A DNA stretch of 64,000 bases, taken from Mobula hypostoma. Lineage: Eukaryota. The position numbers and the translations under genes were made by a program. Position 1 is the stretch's first letter. Each line of letters starts with the position of its first letter. The stretch spans positions 190,280,001 through 190,344,000 of the forward strand of contig NC_086097.1 of the NCBI RefSeq assembly GCF_963921235.1, written 5' to 3'. Under the pieces are notes generated by a model, which saw nothing but the letters and a program-made list of their open reading frames with translations, did no database searches and was not told the origin of the DNA. Of the stretch, positions 23,651 to 35,499 are shown in pieces.

Positions 23651-26600
23651 ACAAAAGGCAACTAAACCAGCTATAAGAAGGGAAAAGATGAAATATGAGG
23701 GCAGATTAGCCAATAATATAAAGTAGGATACCAGAAGTTTTTTCAGTTATATAAAGAGTAAAAGGGAGGTGAGAGTTGATATTGGACCACTGGAAAATGA
23801 TGCTGGTGAGGTAGTAATGGGGGACAAAGAAATAGCAGATGAACTTAATGTGTACTTTGTATCTGTCTTCACTATGAAAGGCAATAACAGTGTGCGAGAG
23901 TTCCTTGAGTATCAGGAAATTGGAGAGATTGTCATTGCTATTACAAAGGAAAAAGTGCTAGGCAAACTCAAAGGTGTTAAGATGGATAAGTCACCTGGGC
24001 CAGAGTCCTGAGAGAGGTTGCTGAAGAGATAATGGATGTAAGGGTCATGATCTTTGAAGAATCATGATCCGGAGGAATGGAAGAATGCAAATGTCATTCC
24101 ATGCTTTAAGAAAGGAGGAAGATAAAAGAAAGGAATTTATGGGCCAGTTAGCCTAACCTCAAGGTTTGGGAAAGTGTTGGAGTCTATTATTAAGGACGAG
24201 ATTTCAGGGTACTTGGAGACTAATAATAAAATAAGTCAAAGTCAGCAAAGTTTCTGTGAAGGGAACTCTTGCCTCTCAAATCTGTTAGAATTCCTCGGTG
24301 AAATAACAACAAGGATGGATGCAGGAGAGGCATTGGATGCCATTTATTTGGATTTTCAGAAGGTATTTGATAAGAAGGCTGATTAACAAGATAAAGTCCT
24401 ATAGCATTACAGGAAAGATACTGGCATGGAGAGCAGATTGGCTGGCAGGCAGCATGCAGCGAGTGGGAATAAAAGGGGCCTATTCTGTTTGCCTGCCAGT
24501 GACTAGTGGTGTTCCTCAGGGGTCAGGATTGGACCACAACTTTTCACATTGTTTGTCAATGATCTGTGAACTGTATGGGGCTATTAGCGAACTGCAGAAC
24601 ACATACCCTGATAGACTGTTTATTGTCACTGGAGTTTTTAACACGTGAACCTCAAGACAGTGCTCCCCAAATTCCATCAGCATGTAGACTTTGCAACGGG
24701 AGGGGTGAATGCATTGGACCTTGTTTACACAAACATTCCCGACGCGTACCGATGGAGTCCTGCCCCCAGCTTGGCTACTCAAACCACATCTCTGTTATGC
24801 TAATCCCAGCATACAGACCGCTTGTCAGGTGCTCCAGGCCAGTTCAGAAGCAGGTGAAAACCTGGCCAGCAGGAGCCATCTCTGCTCTTCAGGACTGCTT
24901 TGAGCACACTGACTGGCACATGTTCTGGGAGGCTGCAACAGATGGCGACCCTACCAACTTAGAGGAATACACAGCATTAGTGACTAGCTATATCAGTAAG
25001 TGCATTGATGACGTCACTGTGACCAAGACCATCACTACACACGCTAACCAGAAGCCATGAATGACCGTGCGCTGCTAAGGACCCGTGACTCCGCCTTCAG
25101 AGCAGGCGACAAGGCAGCCCTAACAACAGCGAGGGCCAAACTGTCCTGGGCCATCAGAGAGGCAGAGCATGCACACGCCCAGCGAATCCACAGCCAACCA
25201 GGACAGCGGCAACACGCGGCTGATGTGAGGAAAACTCTAAGCAGGGTCAACCCACGGAAGGCTGCTGGACCAGACAATATTCCTGGCAGAGTGCTCAGAG
25301 GATGTGCAGACCAGCTAGCACATGTTCTCACTGACATCTTCTACACCTCCCTGAGCAGCGCCGTTGTTCCAGCGTGTTTCAAGGCCGCTACCATCGTCCC
25401 CGTGCTGAAGAAGTCTTCAGTGTCCTGCCTCAATGACTACTGTCCCGTTGCACTCACATCCGTCATCATGAAGTGTTTTGAGAGGCTCGTCATGAGGCAC
25501 ATCAAGACCCTGCTGCCCCCCTCACTGGACCCCCTGCAGTTCGTGTATCGTCCCAACTACTCAACAGATGACGCCATCGCCAGCACCCTGGACCTAGCCC
25601 TCACCCACCTGGACAAAAAAGACACGTACATTCGAATGCTGTTCATAGACTTCAGTTCAGCATTCAACACAATCATTGTGCAGAAACTGGTTGGAAAGCT
25701 GAGCCTACTGGGCCTGAACACCTCCCTCTGCAACTGGATCCTAGACTTCCTGACTGGGAGACCTCAGTCAGTCCAGATCGGAAGCAGCATCTCCAACACC
25801 ATCACACTGAGCATGGTGGCCCCCAGGGCTGTGTGCTCAGTCCACTGCTGTTCACTCTGCTGACCCATGACTGTGCTACAACACACAGCTCAAACCACAT
25901 CATCAAGTTCGCCGATGACACGACCGTGGCGGGTCTCATCAGCAAGAACAATGAGTCAGCATACAGAGAGGAGGTGCAGCAGCTAACGGACTGGTGCAGA
26001 GTCAACAACCTGTCTTTGAATGTAAACAAACAAAAGAGATGGTTGTTGACTTCAGGAGAGCATGGAGTGACCACTCTGCACTGAACATTGACAGCTCCTC
26101 CATTGAGATCGTTAAGAGCACCGAATTTCTTGGTGTTCACCTGGCGAAGAATATCAGCTGATCCCTCAACACCAGCTCCATTGCCAAGAAAGCACATCAG
26201 CATCTCTACTTTCTGCGAAGGCTGAGAAAAGTCCATCTCCCACCCCCCATCCTCACCATATTCTACAGAGGATGTATCGAGAGCATCCTGAGCAGCTGCA
26301 TCACTGCCTGGTTCGGGAATTGCACCATCTCGGATCGCAAGACCCTGCAGCGGATAATGAGGTCAGCTGAGAAGATCACCGGGGTCTCTCTTCCCGCCAT
26401 TACAGACACTTACGCTACACCCATAAGGCCAACAGCATTGTGAAGGACCCCACGCACCCCTCATACAAACTCTTCTCCCTCCTGCCATCTGGCAAAAGGT
26501 ACCAAAGCATTCGGGCTCTCACTATCAGATTGTGCAACAGTTTCTTCCCCCAAGCCATCAGACTCCTTAATACCCAGAAACTAGACTGACATCTACATCA

Positions 26601-27810
26601 TTTATTATTATATTGTAATTTGTCCTCTACTGTGCCTATTGTCTTGCTTATTATTTATTGTACTGCCCTACATTGTTTTGTGCACTTTATGTGGTCCTGT
26701 GTAGGTCTGTTGTCTAGTGTAGTTTTTGTGTTGTCTCACATAGTCTAGTGTAGTTTTGTGTTGTTTCATGTAGCACCATGGTCCTGCAGGAACGTTGTTT
26801 TGTTTTTACTGTGTACTGTACCAGCAGTTTATGGTCAAAATGACAATAAAAAGTGACCTGACTTGACTTGACTTGATGGATTTGTGGAAAAGTTTGTGGA
26901 TGATCCGAAGGTAGGTGGAGGGGTAGGTAGTGCTGAGGAAGCAATGCAATTGCAGCAGGACTTAGACAAATTGGAAGAATGGGCAAAAAAGTGGCAGATG
27001 GAATACAGTGTTGTGAAATATATGATAATACATTTTAGTAAAATGGAACAATAGTGTGGACTATTACCTAAATGGGGAGAAGATTCAAACATCAGAGGAA
27101 CAGGAGTCCTCGTTCAACAATCGCAAAAATTTACTTTAGAGGCTGAGTTTGTGATAAAGAAGGTAAATGCAATGTTGGCATTTATTTCAAGGGGAATAGA
27201 ATATAAAACCAGGTATATAATTCTGAGCCTTCATAAGACACATGTCAGACTGCTCTTAAAGTATTGTCAACAGTTTTGTGCCCCATATCTCAGAAAGGAT
27301 GTGTTGTCATTGGAGAGAGTCCAGAGGATATTCACCAGGATGATCCTGGGAATGACAGGGTTAACATATGAGAAGCGTTCGGCTGCTTTGGGTCAGTACT
27401 CATTAGATTTTAGAAGAATGCCGGGGCGGGGGGGATCTCATTGAAACCTACTGAATGTTGGAAGGACTTGATAGGGTGGATGTGGAGAGGAAGTTTCCTG
27501 TGGTGGGGGTATCCAGAACTAGAGGGCTCAGGCTCCAAATTGAGTGGCGACCTTTTAGAACAGAGGTAAGGAGGAATTTTTTTTTTGCCAGAGAGTAGTA
27601 AGTCTGTGGAATACTCTGCCACATCCTGCAGTGGAGGCCTAGTCCGTGGGTATATTTAACGCAGAATTTGTTTGTTTTCCGATCAGTCAGAGCATCAAAG
27701 GATATGGCGAGAAGTATAGGTTTGAATGGGATTCAGAATCTGCCATGGTGGAATGGCAGAGCAGACATGAAGGGCTGAATGACATAGTACTGTTCCTATT
27801 GTCTTATGGT
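23651..27810 (+). mobile_element. CR1 ORF2 (family A), 5'-truncated, interrupted by a Rex1-like LINE at 24565-26874
   Basis: DKSPGP, SCLSNLLEF, YLDFQKVFDK and SGVPQGS before the insert; WQMEYS and YCQQFCAPYLRKD after it. Tail tcttatgg. ctaatc flanks the block at ~23320 and 27810. Confidence 0.88.
24565..26874 (+). mobile_element. Rex1/Babar-clade LINE, 5'-truncated, with internal deletions and frameshifts
   Basis: EN remnant [30 protein letters not shown]...[21 protein letters not shown]...[15 protein letters not shown]...[13 protein letters not shown]...KFADDTTV. acaataaaa followed by (gactt)n tail. Confidence 0.93.
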
Positions 27811-27839
27811 CTAATCAGTACATAGAAAGTCTAACTAGA

Positions 27840-28115
27840 TAAAAACATACAAAACCTACAGTACAATACAAGCCCTTTGGCCCACAATGTTGTGCTGAAC
27901 ATATACTTACTTTAGAAATAATCTAGGATTACCCATATCCCTTTATTTTTCTAAATTCCATGTACCTATCCAGGAGTCTCTTAAAAGACCCTATCGTATC
28001 CGCCTCCACAACCATTGCCAGCAGCCCATTCCACGCACTCGCCACACTCTGTGTAAAAAACATACCCCTGACATTTCCTCTGTACCTACTTCCAAGCACG
28101 TTAAAACTCTGTCCT
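27840..28115 (-). mobile_element. CR1 3' end fragment (family B)
   Basis: Homologous to 23350-23650. Confidence 0.88.
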
Positions 28116-29838
28116 TCCTATTGGGCTCTTCTATTAGGGAATGAGACAGGGCGGCTGAATGAATTTTGTGTAGGTGAACACTTTGCACCTAGTTATGATA
28201 ACGTCATTAGGTTCATGGTCATTATGGAAAAGGATATACCTAGTCCTCGGGTTTAGATTCTAAATTGGTGAAAGGTCAATTTTGATGGTATCAGAAGGGA
28301 TTTGACAACTGTAGAATGGAATCCATTGTTTTCTGTCAAGGGCATACTTAGTGAATGGGAGACCTTCAAAAGTGAATGTTTGAGAGAACAGAATTTGTAT
28401 GTTCCTGTCAGAATAAAAAGCAAGGATAACATCTTCACAGAATCTTGGTTTTCAAGACTAACCAGGTTAAGAAAAATAAGGAGGTGCATAGCAGGTAGAA
28501 GCAGGCAGGAAAAAATTAGCTACTTGCAGAGTATAAGAAATGCAAGAGAACACTGAAGAAGGAAATCAGGATAGCTAAAAGAGAACATGAGGTTTCTCTG
28601 GCAAACAATATGACAGCAAATACTAAGGGCTTCTACAGATATATTAAGAGCAAAAAGATAGCAAGGAACAAAATCGGTTCCCTGGAAGATCAGAGTGGTA
28701 ATCTATGCAGGAAGCCAAAAGAAATGAGGGAGTTCTTAAATTGATCTGTGTCTTGCATCTGTATTTACTTGGGAGATGAACACAGAGCCTATCGACGTGA
28801 AGATATTCAGTGGGGTATTCGTGGACCTGATACAGATTATGGGGGAGGAAGTGTTAACTATTTTGAGGCAAATAAGGGTGGATAAATCCACAGGGTATGA
28901 CAAGGTATTCCCTGGAACTCTGTGGAAGGCAAGTGCAGAAATTGCAGGGACCTGAGCAGAGATATTTAAAACCTGCTTAGCCATGGAGAGGTTCTGGAGG
29001 ATTGGACTATAGCTAATATTGTTCTGATTTTTAAGAAAGGCTTTAAGAATAAGCCAGGAAATTATAAAGCGACGAGCATGACATTTGGAGTGGAAAGGTT
29101 ATTGGAAGGTATTCTAAGAGGTGGCATATACAGTATAAGTATTTGGATAGACAAGGACTGATTAGGGATAGTCAACTAGCTTTGTGCGTGCTAAGTAGTG
29201 TCTGATCAATTTTATAGAGCTTTTTTGACGATGTTACCAGAAAAGATGATGAAGGCAAAGCAGTGGATGTGTTATCTGTATGGATTTTAGCAAGGTATTT
29301 GACAAGATCCTGCAAGGAAGGTTCGGCCACTCAACATTCAAGGTGAGGTAATGTATTGGATTAGACATTGGCTTTACAGGAAAAAACAGAGAGTGGTAGT
29401 AGATGGTTGCCTCTCTGCCTGGAGGCCTGTAATTGGTGCTGAAGCTGTTGTTGTTTGTTATCTACTGTATATCAATGATCTAGATGATAATGTGGGGAAC
29501 TGGATCAGCAAATTTGTAGATGGCACCATGACTGGGGGTTAGTGGAGAGCGAGGAAGACCATAAAGCTTGCAGTGCAATCTGGACCAGCTGTAAAATTGG
29601 GATGAAACACCATAGATGGAATTTGATGCATACACATTTGAGCTGTTGCACTTTGAGAGAACTAACTAGGTTAAGACTTGCATGTTGATACAGAAGAACA
29701 GAGGGTTCTGGGAATACAGATCCATATTCATTGAAAGTAGCATCACAGGTAAATAAGGTCATAAAGAAAGCTTTTGGCACATTGGTCTTCATAAAGCAAT
29801 GTATTGAGTACAGGAGTTGGGATATTATGTTGAAATTG

Positions 29839-30321
29839 GAGATGACCTGAGGTCTTTGTGATCTTCAGACACAGAGCTCGAAAAAAACGATGAAGCAGAC
29901 TTTTAACATCATAAACCAACAGGTTGTTGTTGTGTCTCCCACTTACTGTGAAAATGGAGGACACCTCCCTCTCCCTTGCCAGGGAGAGAGAGAGAATCTG
30001 TGGTTTGTCGAAATTTGGTTGAAATGCGAAGCCTTTGGGGTAACTTTGGTCTGTGTCTTTGTTATTGCTCAGCAGACACTTGGGCTTGGTGATGGAACTG
30101 ATGCGCGTTTTTTTTGCTAGTGGGGGAAGGGGGATCGTTGCTTGCTGCTGCTTATGCATGGGGGGGAGCTGGGGGGAACTTTAGGGTTCTCACGTTTAAC
30201 TGTCATACATTCTTTGAGGCACTTCTTATTTCGTGGATGTTTGCGAAGAGAAAGCATTTCAGGATGTATATTGTATACATTTCTTCGACATTAAATTTGA
30301 TCTTTGAACCTTTGAACCTTT
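29839..30321 (+). mobile_element. Non-coding retroposon with (tttgaacc)n tail and 6-bp TSD, inserted in CR1
   Basis: aaattg at 29833-29838 and 30322-30327. CR1 reading continuity resumes after it (tgaaattg|tataagacattggtgaggcc). Confidence 0.8.
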
Positions 30322-31084
30322 AAATTGTATAAGACATTGGTGAGGCCGAATTTGGAAAATTAGTGTGCAGTTTTGGTCATGTCCCTATAGGAAAGATGTA
30401 AATAAGATTGAAAGAATTCAAAGAAAATTTACAAGGATGTTGCCGGGACTTGAGATCCTGAGTTATAGAGTAAGGTTGAATAGGTTACGCCTCTATTTCC
30501 TAGAACATAGAAGATTGAGGGGAGATGATAGTCATGAGAGGTATAAATAGAGTAAGTGCAATCAGGTTATATCTATATCTGGAGGTCATGGGTTAAGGGT
30601 GAAAGGTGAATTTTTTACGGGGAACATGAGGGAGAACTTCCTCACTCAGAGTATGCTGAGAGTGTGGAATGAGCTGCTACAACAAAGGACCCAGCACCAA
30701 ACTCTGCGACACACTACTAGCCAAAGGAAATCTTGATTCAATTTCAGAGAGAAAAACAAAATCTCTCATCTTGACATACACTTTGTAAAACTCATATAAT
30801 TCACTGAACAGCTATTTTTCAGAAGAATATTGGCAAACAAATGAAAGTGTAGAGGGAAAGTAACAAGAATAAAGCTGGGCCTATACTTTCAATTTTGAAT
30901 ACGTACTCACTGAACTGAATTTGCCCATGATAGAGAAAGGAAGACTGAGGAATGATTTAAAATGGGTTCACAAAATACTGAGAGATACATATAAGATAAT
31001 CTAATTAATGTGGACTGGGAGCACAGAACTGGAAGCTACATATATAAATTTAATAAGTTTCATAGAAGATTAAGCATTAAAGAA

Positions 31085-31440
31085 CAAAATTGTACTTATA
31101 TAAGGTTTTTTCATAATCTTTGGACATCCCAATGCATTTCACAGCCAATTAATTAGTCATCAGCCAATTTGCACATAACAAGAATGCACAGCAAAGAGCT
31201 AGCACTGTATTGGTTGATGGGTAAATATCAAAGGCATCAAAAATATTCTCTGACTCTTCTTTGGTCAATGCTATTGAAGTTTTTATATCCAACTGAGAGG
31301 GAAAATTGAGTCATAGTTAATCATCTCTTCTATAATATGATATTGCCAAGAGTGTAGCCAACTCTCAATACTGTGTTGAAATATTAGTCTTGAACTTTGC
31401 TGAATTGGAACCTGAGAACTGAGTCAAAATTGCTGTTAGG
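31085..31440 (-). mobile_element. Ancient Deu-domain SINE (SacSINE1/AmnSINE1-like)
   Basis: tttttatatccaactgagaggg...agtgtagccaactctcaatactgtgttgaaatattagtct resembles the reverse complement of the Deu-SINE core. L2-like tail ttatataaggttttttcat. Confidence 0.6.
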
Positions 31441-32099
31441 TACAGAAAGGTAGGACAATCTTAAATTGACTCCCAGCAAAATTATCAATATTGAGTCAGC
31501 TAATACATTTACAAACCTTGATAAATATTTTAATAGGATTGGGACTGAGGTTGGAAATGGAAGTACAGAAAGAAAATCAAATACATGAAGGATTGCATTG
31601 ATTCTTGTGCAGCTGGAAAATAAACAAATATCGACCTGGAACTTTCAACTTGGATAGGTATCAAACAAGAGAGACTGAATTTGTTGCACACTATCTCTAA
31701 CTGTTAGTGAAATTCAGGCTCAATGACCAAACCACAGTCGAAAACTATGTCCATTATGGCTAAAACGCTACCTGGAATGTTCAGGAAGTACTTTGTTGAA
31801 CTACACTTGAGGAGATTAACAAAGTGGAATATAGCTCATGTTATAGCAGATCTTACTGACAGAACAAAACAACTGAATGACCTATTTACTGTGTATACCT
31901 TTGCTTGTTTTCCTCTACCAAGTTATTTTCTTTATTAAATAAAATATTGTCATCTTAAAAGTGACATATCTTGCTCAATATTATTAAATATGGATGACAT
32001 ATCAGACATGTCTCAATTGTTAGCAGTATCAATAGAATTAGAAAGTTGTGGAATTGATTCACTTCTCTAGAAATTGGAGCACGTAAAACTAGACTATAA

Positions 32100-32270
32100 G
32101 ACTGGAGAAATATTGCATATCATCTTTCTGATGAGATGCTAAGCTTACTCTTTTCTTATGTAGAGGTTATCTTTATCAGTAAAGCTATGTCAATGTTGAT
32201 TAGGTTTCCAAAGTACTTCACTGCATATAACACACTGGGACTCCCAGAAGAAAGGTACAAATGTAAGTTT
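32100..32270 (+). mobile_element. Possible second Deu-SINE remnant
   Basis: catctttctgatgagatgctaa; aaagtacttcactgcatataacacactgggactcc. Confidence 0.4.
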
Positions 32271-32492
32271 TTTCTTCGTCCCTGTTTCAACTGATTTCCT
32301 TCTCTTCCATTGTGCATTGTTATTTTTGTTCACCTTTCACATTGTTTTGGCCCCATTTGTTCCATTAACCGATTTTTGCTGAAATCAGTGATGCTGGCAT
32401 ACTGAACAGAAAATTGATGCATCAGCTGATACCTTAGTAAATGTATTCATTTGACATTGGAGGATGTTTATTGATTGGATATGGTTCAATGT

Positions 32493-33547
32493 CAGTTGGA
32501 GTCTGGATTACTAGATCTAAGAAAGTTTTATTAAAGAAACAAGCAACACAGTAATCGAAAGGATAATAAATGCAACAGTTCAGCAATGATAAACACGCAT
32601 GTGCACAGAATTAAGATAACAGGATCAATCAAGCTCTATCGTTGTCTAGGGGTAAATGACCAATTTCAAAGTGACACAAAGTCCAGTTCAATTTAGTTCA
32701 GTTCGCAGTAATCGTTGCCATGGCGATGGACAACGTGGGGGTAGGGAGAGAGAGAACCAGAACGAATGATCATTCAAAACGGCTTCCACTCACAGACCTG
32801 CAATATTGCTCACAAGCAGCTTTCGGGCGAGTCCTTTGTGATGTCACCTGAGGTCACCGACTGTGACTCCTCCTCCAGATGCGGTCGATCCTCTGCAGTG
32901 AACCCGGCACCCAAGCAAGTCCGGGTCGCCTGTCCATCACATCAAACAGTTCAGGGTTCAAAGGGGGAGCCGCTCTAGACAGCTCTCTCTCCCGTCCCTT
33001 CATTACACATCTCCCAAATGCTGCTCCATTGTCTTCCTTATCTCTCTCTCTCCCGAAGACAGGCGGACACACACTGGGTTCCCGCTGATTGTACCTTTCC
33101 ACCCTGTGCGTCTAAGGCTTGGTTCCGCAACCAGCCTTCCAAACGACTCCTGCCGACTTGCGGTGGGGGGGGGCACCGCTTTCAGGGTCTTGTTACCTCG
33201 TGGTGTCGTGTGTGTCCTGCCTTAGCGAACCTGTCCCTTTTTATCCCCCTGCTGGGGTATCGCCTGTCCATCACTTCAAACAGTTCAGGGTTCAAAGGGG
33301 GAGCCGCTCTAGACAGCTGTCTCTCCCGTCTCTTCATTAAACATCTCCAAATCGCCTGTCCATCACATCAAACAGTTCAGGGTTCAAAGGGGGAGCCGCT
33401 CTAGACAGCTGTCTCTCCCGTCCCTTCATTACACATCTCCCCAATGCTGCTCCATTGTCTTCCTTATCTCTCTCTCTCCCGAAGACAGGTGGCAGACCAG
33501 CTGCTCATCACACAGGACAGCTAACATCTATGTGTATTCTTGTCACA
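32493..33547 (-). mobile_element. Solo LTR related to the 36635-41559 element, one end truncated by ~49 bp, with internal duplications
   Basis: cagttggagtctggattactaga...tatgtgtattcttgtcaca aligns to LTR 36684-37521. Flanked by a 91-bp duplication (32402-32492 / 33548-33638). Confidence 0.92.
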
Positions 33548-33879
33548 CCGAACAGAAAATTGATGCATCAGTTGATATCTTAGTAAATGTATCCATTTGA
33601 CATTGGAGGATGTTTATTGATTGGATATGGTTCAATGTAACACAAGAAAGCATACTACATCTTAGTTGATAAGAATAGAATATTCAAGGATGAGAAAAGC
33701 TAGTCATTTATCAATGTTCATCTCTTCTGTTGTTGAATAGCAGATGAGTAAACAGAAATTATAAAATTAGACACAAGAATAGGTCTCGTGGACAACTGCA
33801 TCCAAAAGCTACAACAAAGCCATTGCAAATGATCTGACTCTTGACTAAAATTTTAGATATAGTTTCCTAACAAGCTGCA

Positions 33880-34450
33880 CTCCTCTATCAAGGAACATAA
33901 GAACATATCAAGCCTATTATATCTTTCAAAAGGTTTGAACTACTGCATCATTTCTTTGTTGCCTTGTCCTCATATCTCTTGTTTCCTAATAGGTTAAAAA
34001 TCAATCATTGTCAGCACAGAATAAAGTCATTGACTGATCATGAACAGCACTCAAAGGTAAATAAATCAATAAAAAAAACTTCCTAATCAATAAGTAAAGA
34101 AATCTGTCAAGTCTGTCCTAATTGTGTGGCCCCTTTAGTAAATCTAGAGCCCCTATAATAGAATATTAGTCCCACAAAGAGACATGAATTTAGCTAGCTT
34201 GAGTAATACTTATTTCATAAAAACCAGGAACAGAGATGGTTAAATGGTTATATTTTTTCAAGCTATGAAATAGCTTCAGAGAAACATTAAACAAGCAAAA
34301 ACCCACCTCTTTATTTAATGACTAGTGGTGGCAAATCTTTGGAAATCTCTGCCCTGGGGAAATAGGAAACCTAATCACTGAGTTAATTCAAAGCACAGAT
34401 TGATAGATTTCTTGATATAAAGGGAACAAAGAGATATGAGGACTGTGGTG
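33880..34450. mobile_element. Very old CR1 3'-end remnants in opposite orientations
   Basis: ggaacataagaacat tail (minus strand, ~33890); ctttggaaatctctgccc...attcaaagcacagattgatagatttcttg (plus strand, ~34340-34440). Confidence 0.5.
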
Positions 34451-34616
34451 CACAATTACCTTATGTCCAATCCATGTTATGCAGGCAGCATGTCAAATTG
34501 TGTTGCCTGTTCACTATAAAAATTTCTGCATCCATTCAGTGTTAATCGGCTGTACAAATTAACCATCGGCCCATATTGCTGTATTTCAGCTCTAATTCAA
34601 TCTATTGTTTAAACCA

Positions 34617-34836
34617 AACAACAGGAATTCTGCAGATGCTGGAAGTTCAAGCAACACACATAAAAGTTGCTGGTGAACGCAGCAGGCCAGGCAGCATCTC
34701 TAGGAAGAGGTGCAGTCGACGTTTCAGGCCGAGACCCTTCGTCAGGACTGACTAAGGGTCTCGGCCTGAAACGTCGACTGCACCTCTTCCTAGAGATGCT
34801 GCCTGGCCTGCTGCGTTCACCAGCAACTTTTATGTG
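34617..34836. mobile_element. Young palindromic Penelope-type element with 14-bp TSD
   Basis: Perfect 84-bp inverted repeat 34656-34739 / 34754-34837. tattgtttaaacca at 34603-34616 and 34837-34850. Confidence 0.92.
34713..34750 (-). ncRNA. Minimal type-I hammerhead ribozyme
   Basis: Minus strand reads cagtc-CTGACGA-agg-gtctcgg-cct-GAAAC-GTC-gactg: helix I cagtc/gactg, intact CUGANGA and GAAA cores, short helix II, palindromic ACGT in place of helix III, GUC cleavage triplet. Confidence 0.8.
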
Positions 34837-35159
34837 TATTGTTTAAACCAGTCTGCTTCAGGTAAAAGGTAAAGCCCATGGAGGTTGCTGAAAATATTGT
34901 TATGCAAGAAAGAATAGTGACAAATTTTGAGTGAGAACATGGGCTAGAAAGCATGGACGAGAAGATGAAAAGGCAGAGAGATGAAATATATTGACAGCAA
35001 TAGAAAACACTATCTACATTTTACGAAGGCAATAGGAAAAAATGGTCATAGAGTTGATCACTTCATTTGAGCAGTCAGGCTTAAGGCCTAATTGTACTAA
35101 CTATTTCATCATCTCCTCAGTTCACAACAACCCATCATTAATTTGTCAACAATTCCTGT

Positions 35160-35460
35160 AGATGTAGAGACTGCAGACACTGGAATCCAATGCAACACAC
35201 AACGCTCTGAAGGAACTCAACTGCTCAGGCAGCATCCGTGGAAGAAAACGGACAGCTAATGTTTCAGGCCAAGACCCTTCATCTGGACCAAAAGATAGAG
35301 AGGACATTGCCAGCATAAAGAGGTGAGGGAAAGGAATGGAGCAAGAGGTGGCAAGCGTGTAAGCTGAGTAGCACCCAGTGAGGAGAAGTGCTCGGCAATG
35401 GAATGGGCAAAAGTGGAAAAAGCAACACAGGCTGGGAGATGAAGCAACAAAGGGCTGAAC
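35160..35460 (-). mobile_element. Penelope-like element 3' fragment (terminal repeat plus CT-rich body)
   Basis: Same arm sequence (ctgcagacactggaatcc...ggaactcaactgctcaggcagcatccgtgg) and a decayed hammerhead (minus strand CAGATGA agggtcttggcct GAAAC att), then a non-palindromic purine-rich body. Confidence 0.65.
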
Positions 35461-35499
35461 AAGACGAACATATCACCTGCAGCACGTGGTGTCCCAACA

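Larger units (their letters stand above)
21800..30685 (+). mobile_element. Near full-length old CR1 LINE (ORF1 esterase + ORF2 EN/RT), split by nested insertions
   Basis: ORF1 SGNH-esterase motifs LIGDS and VIVHIGTNE (22240-22440). APE endonuclease remnants 22830-23325. Continues at 27811-27839, 28116-29838 and 30322-30685 with DFSKVFDK, YINDLD, QFWSCPYRKD. Confidence 0.8.

Noticed and set aside
23350..27810. Twin-priming inversion of a single CR1
   Set aside because: The inverted piece is a 3' end with its own tail from a different CR1 family (B vs A), so two separate insertions are more parsimonious.
32926..33489. CRISPR-like array
   Set aside because: The repeats are 90-138 bp LTR-internal duplications without unique regular spacers, there are no cas genes, and the context is eukaryotic.
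34748..34780. Second functional hammerhead on the plus strand
   Set aside because: The core reads CUGACUA (G8 lost) and the 5' strand of helix I is not complementary.
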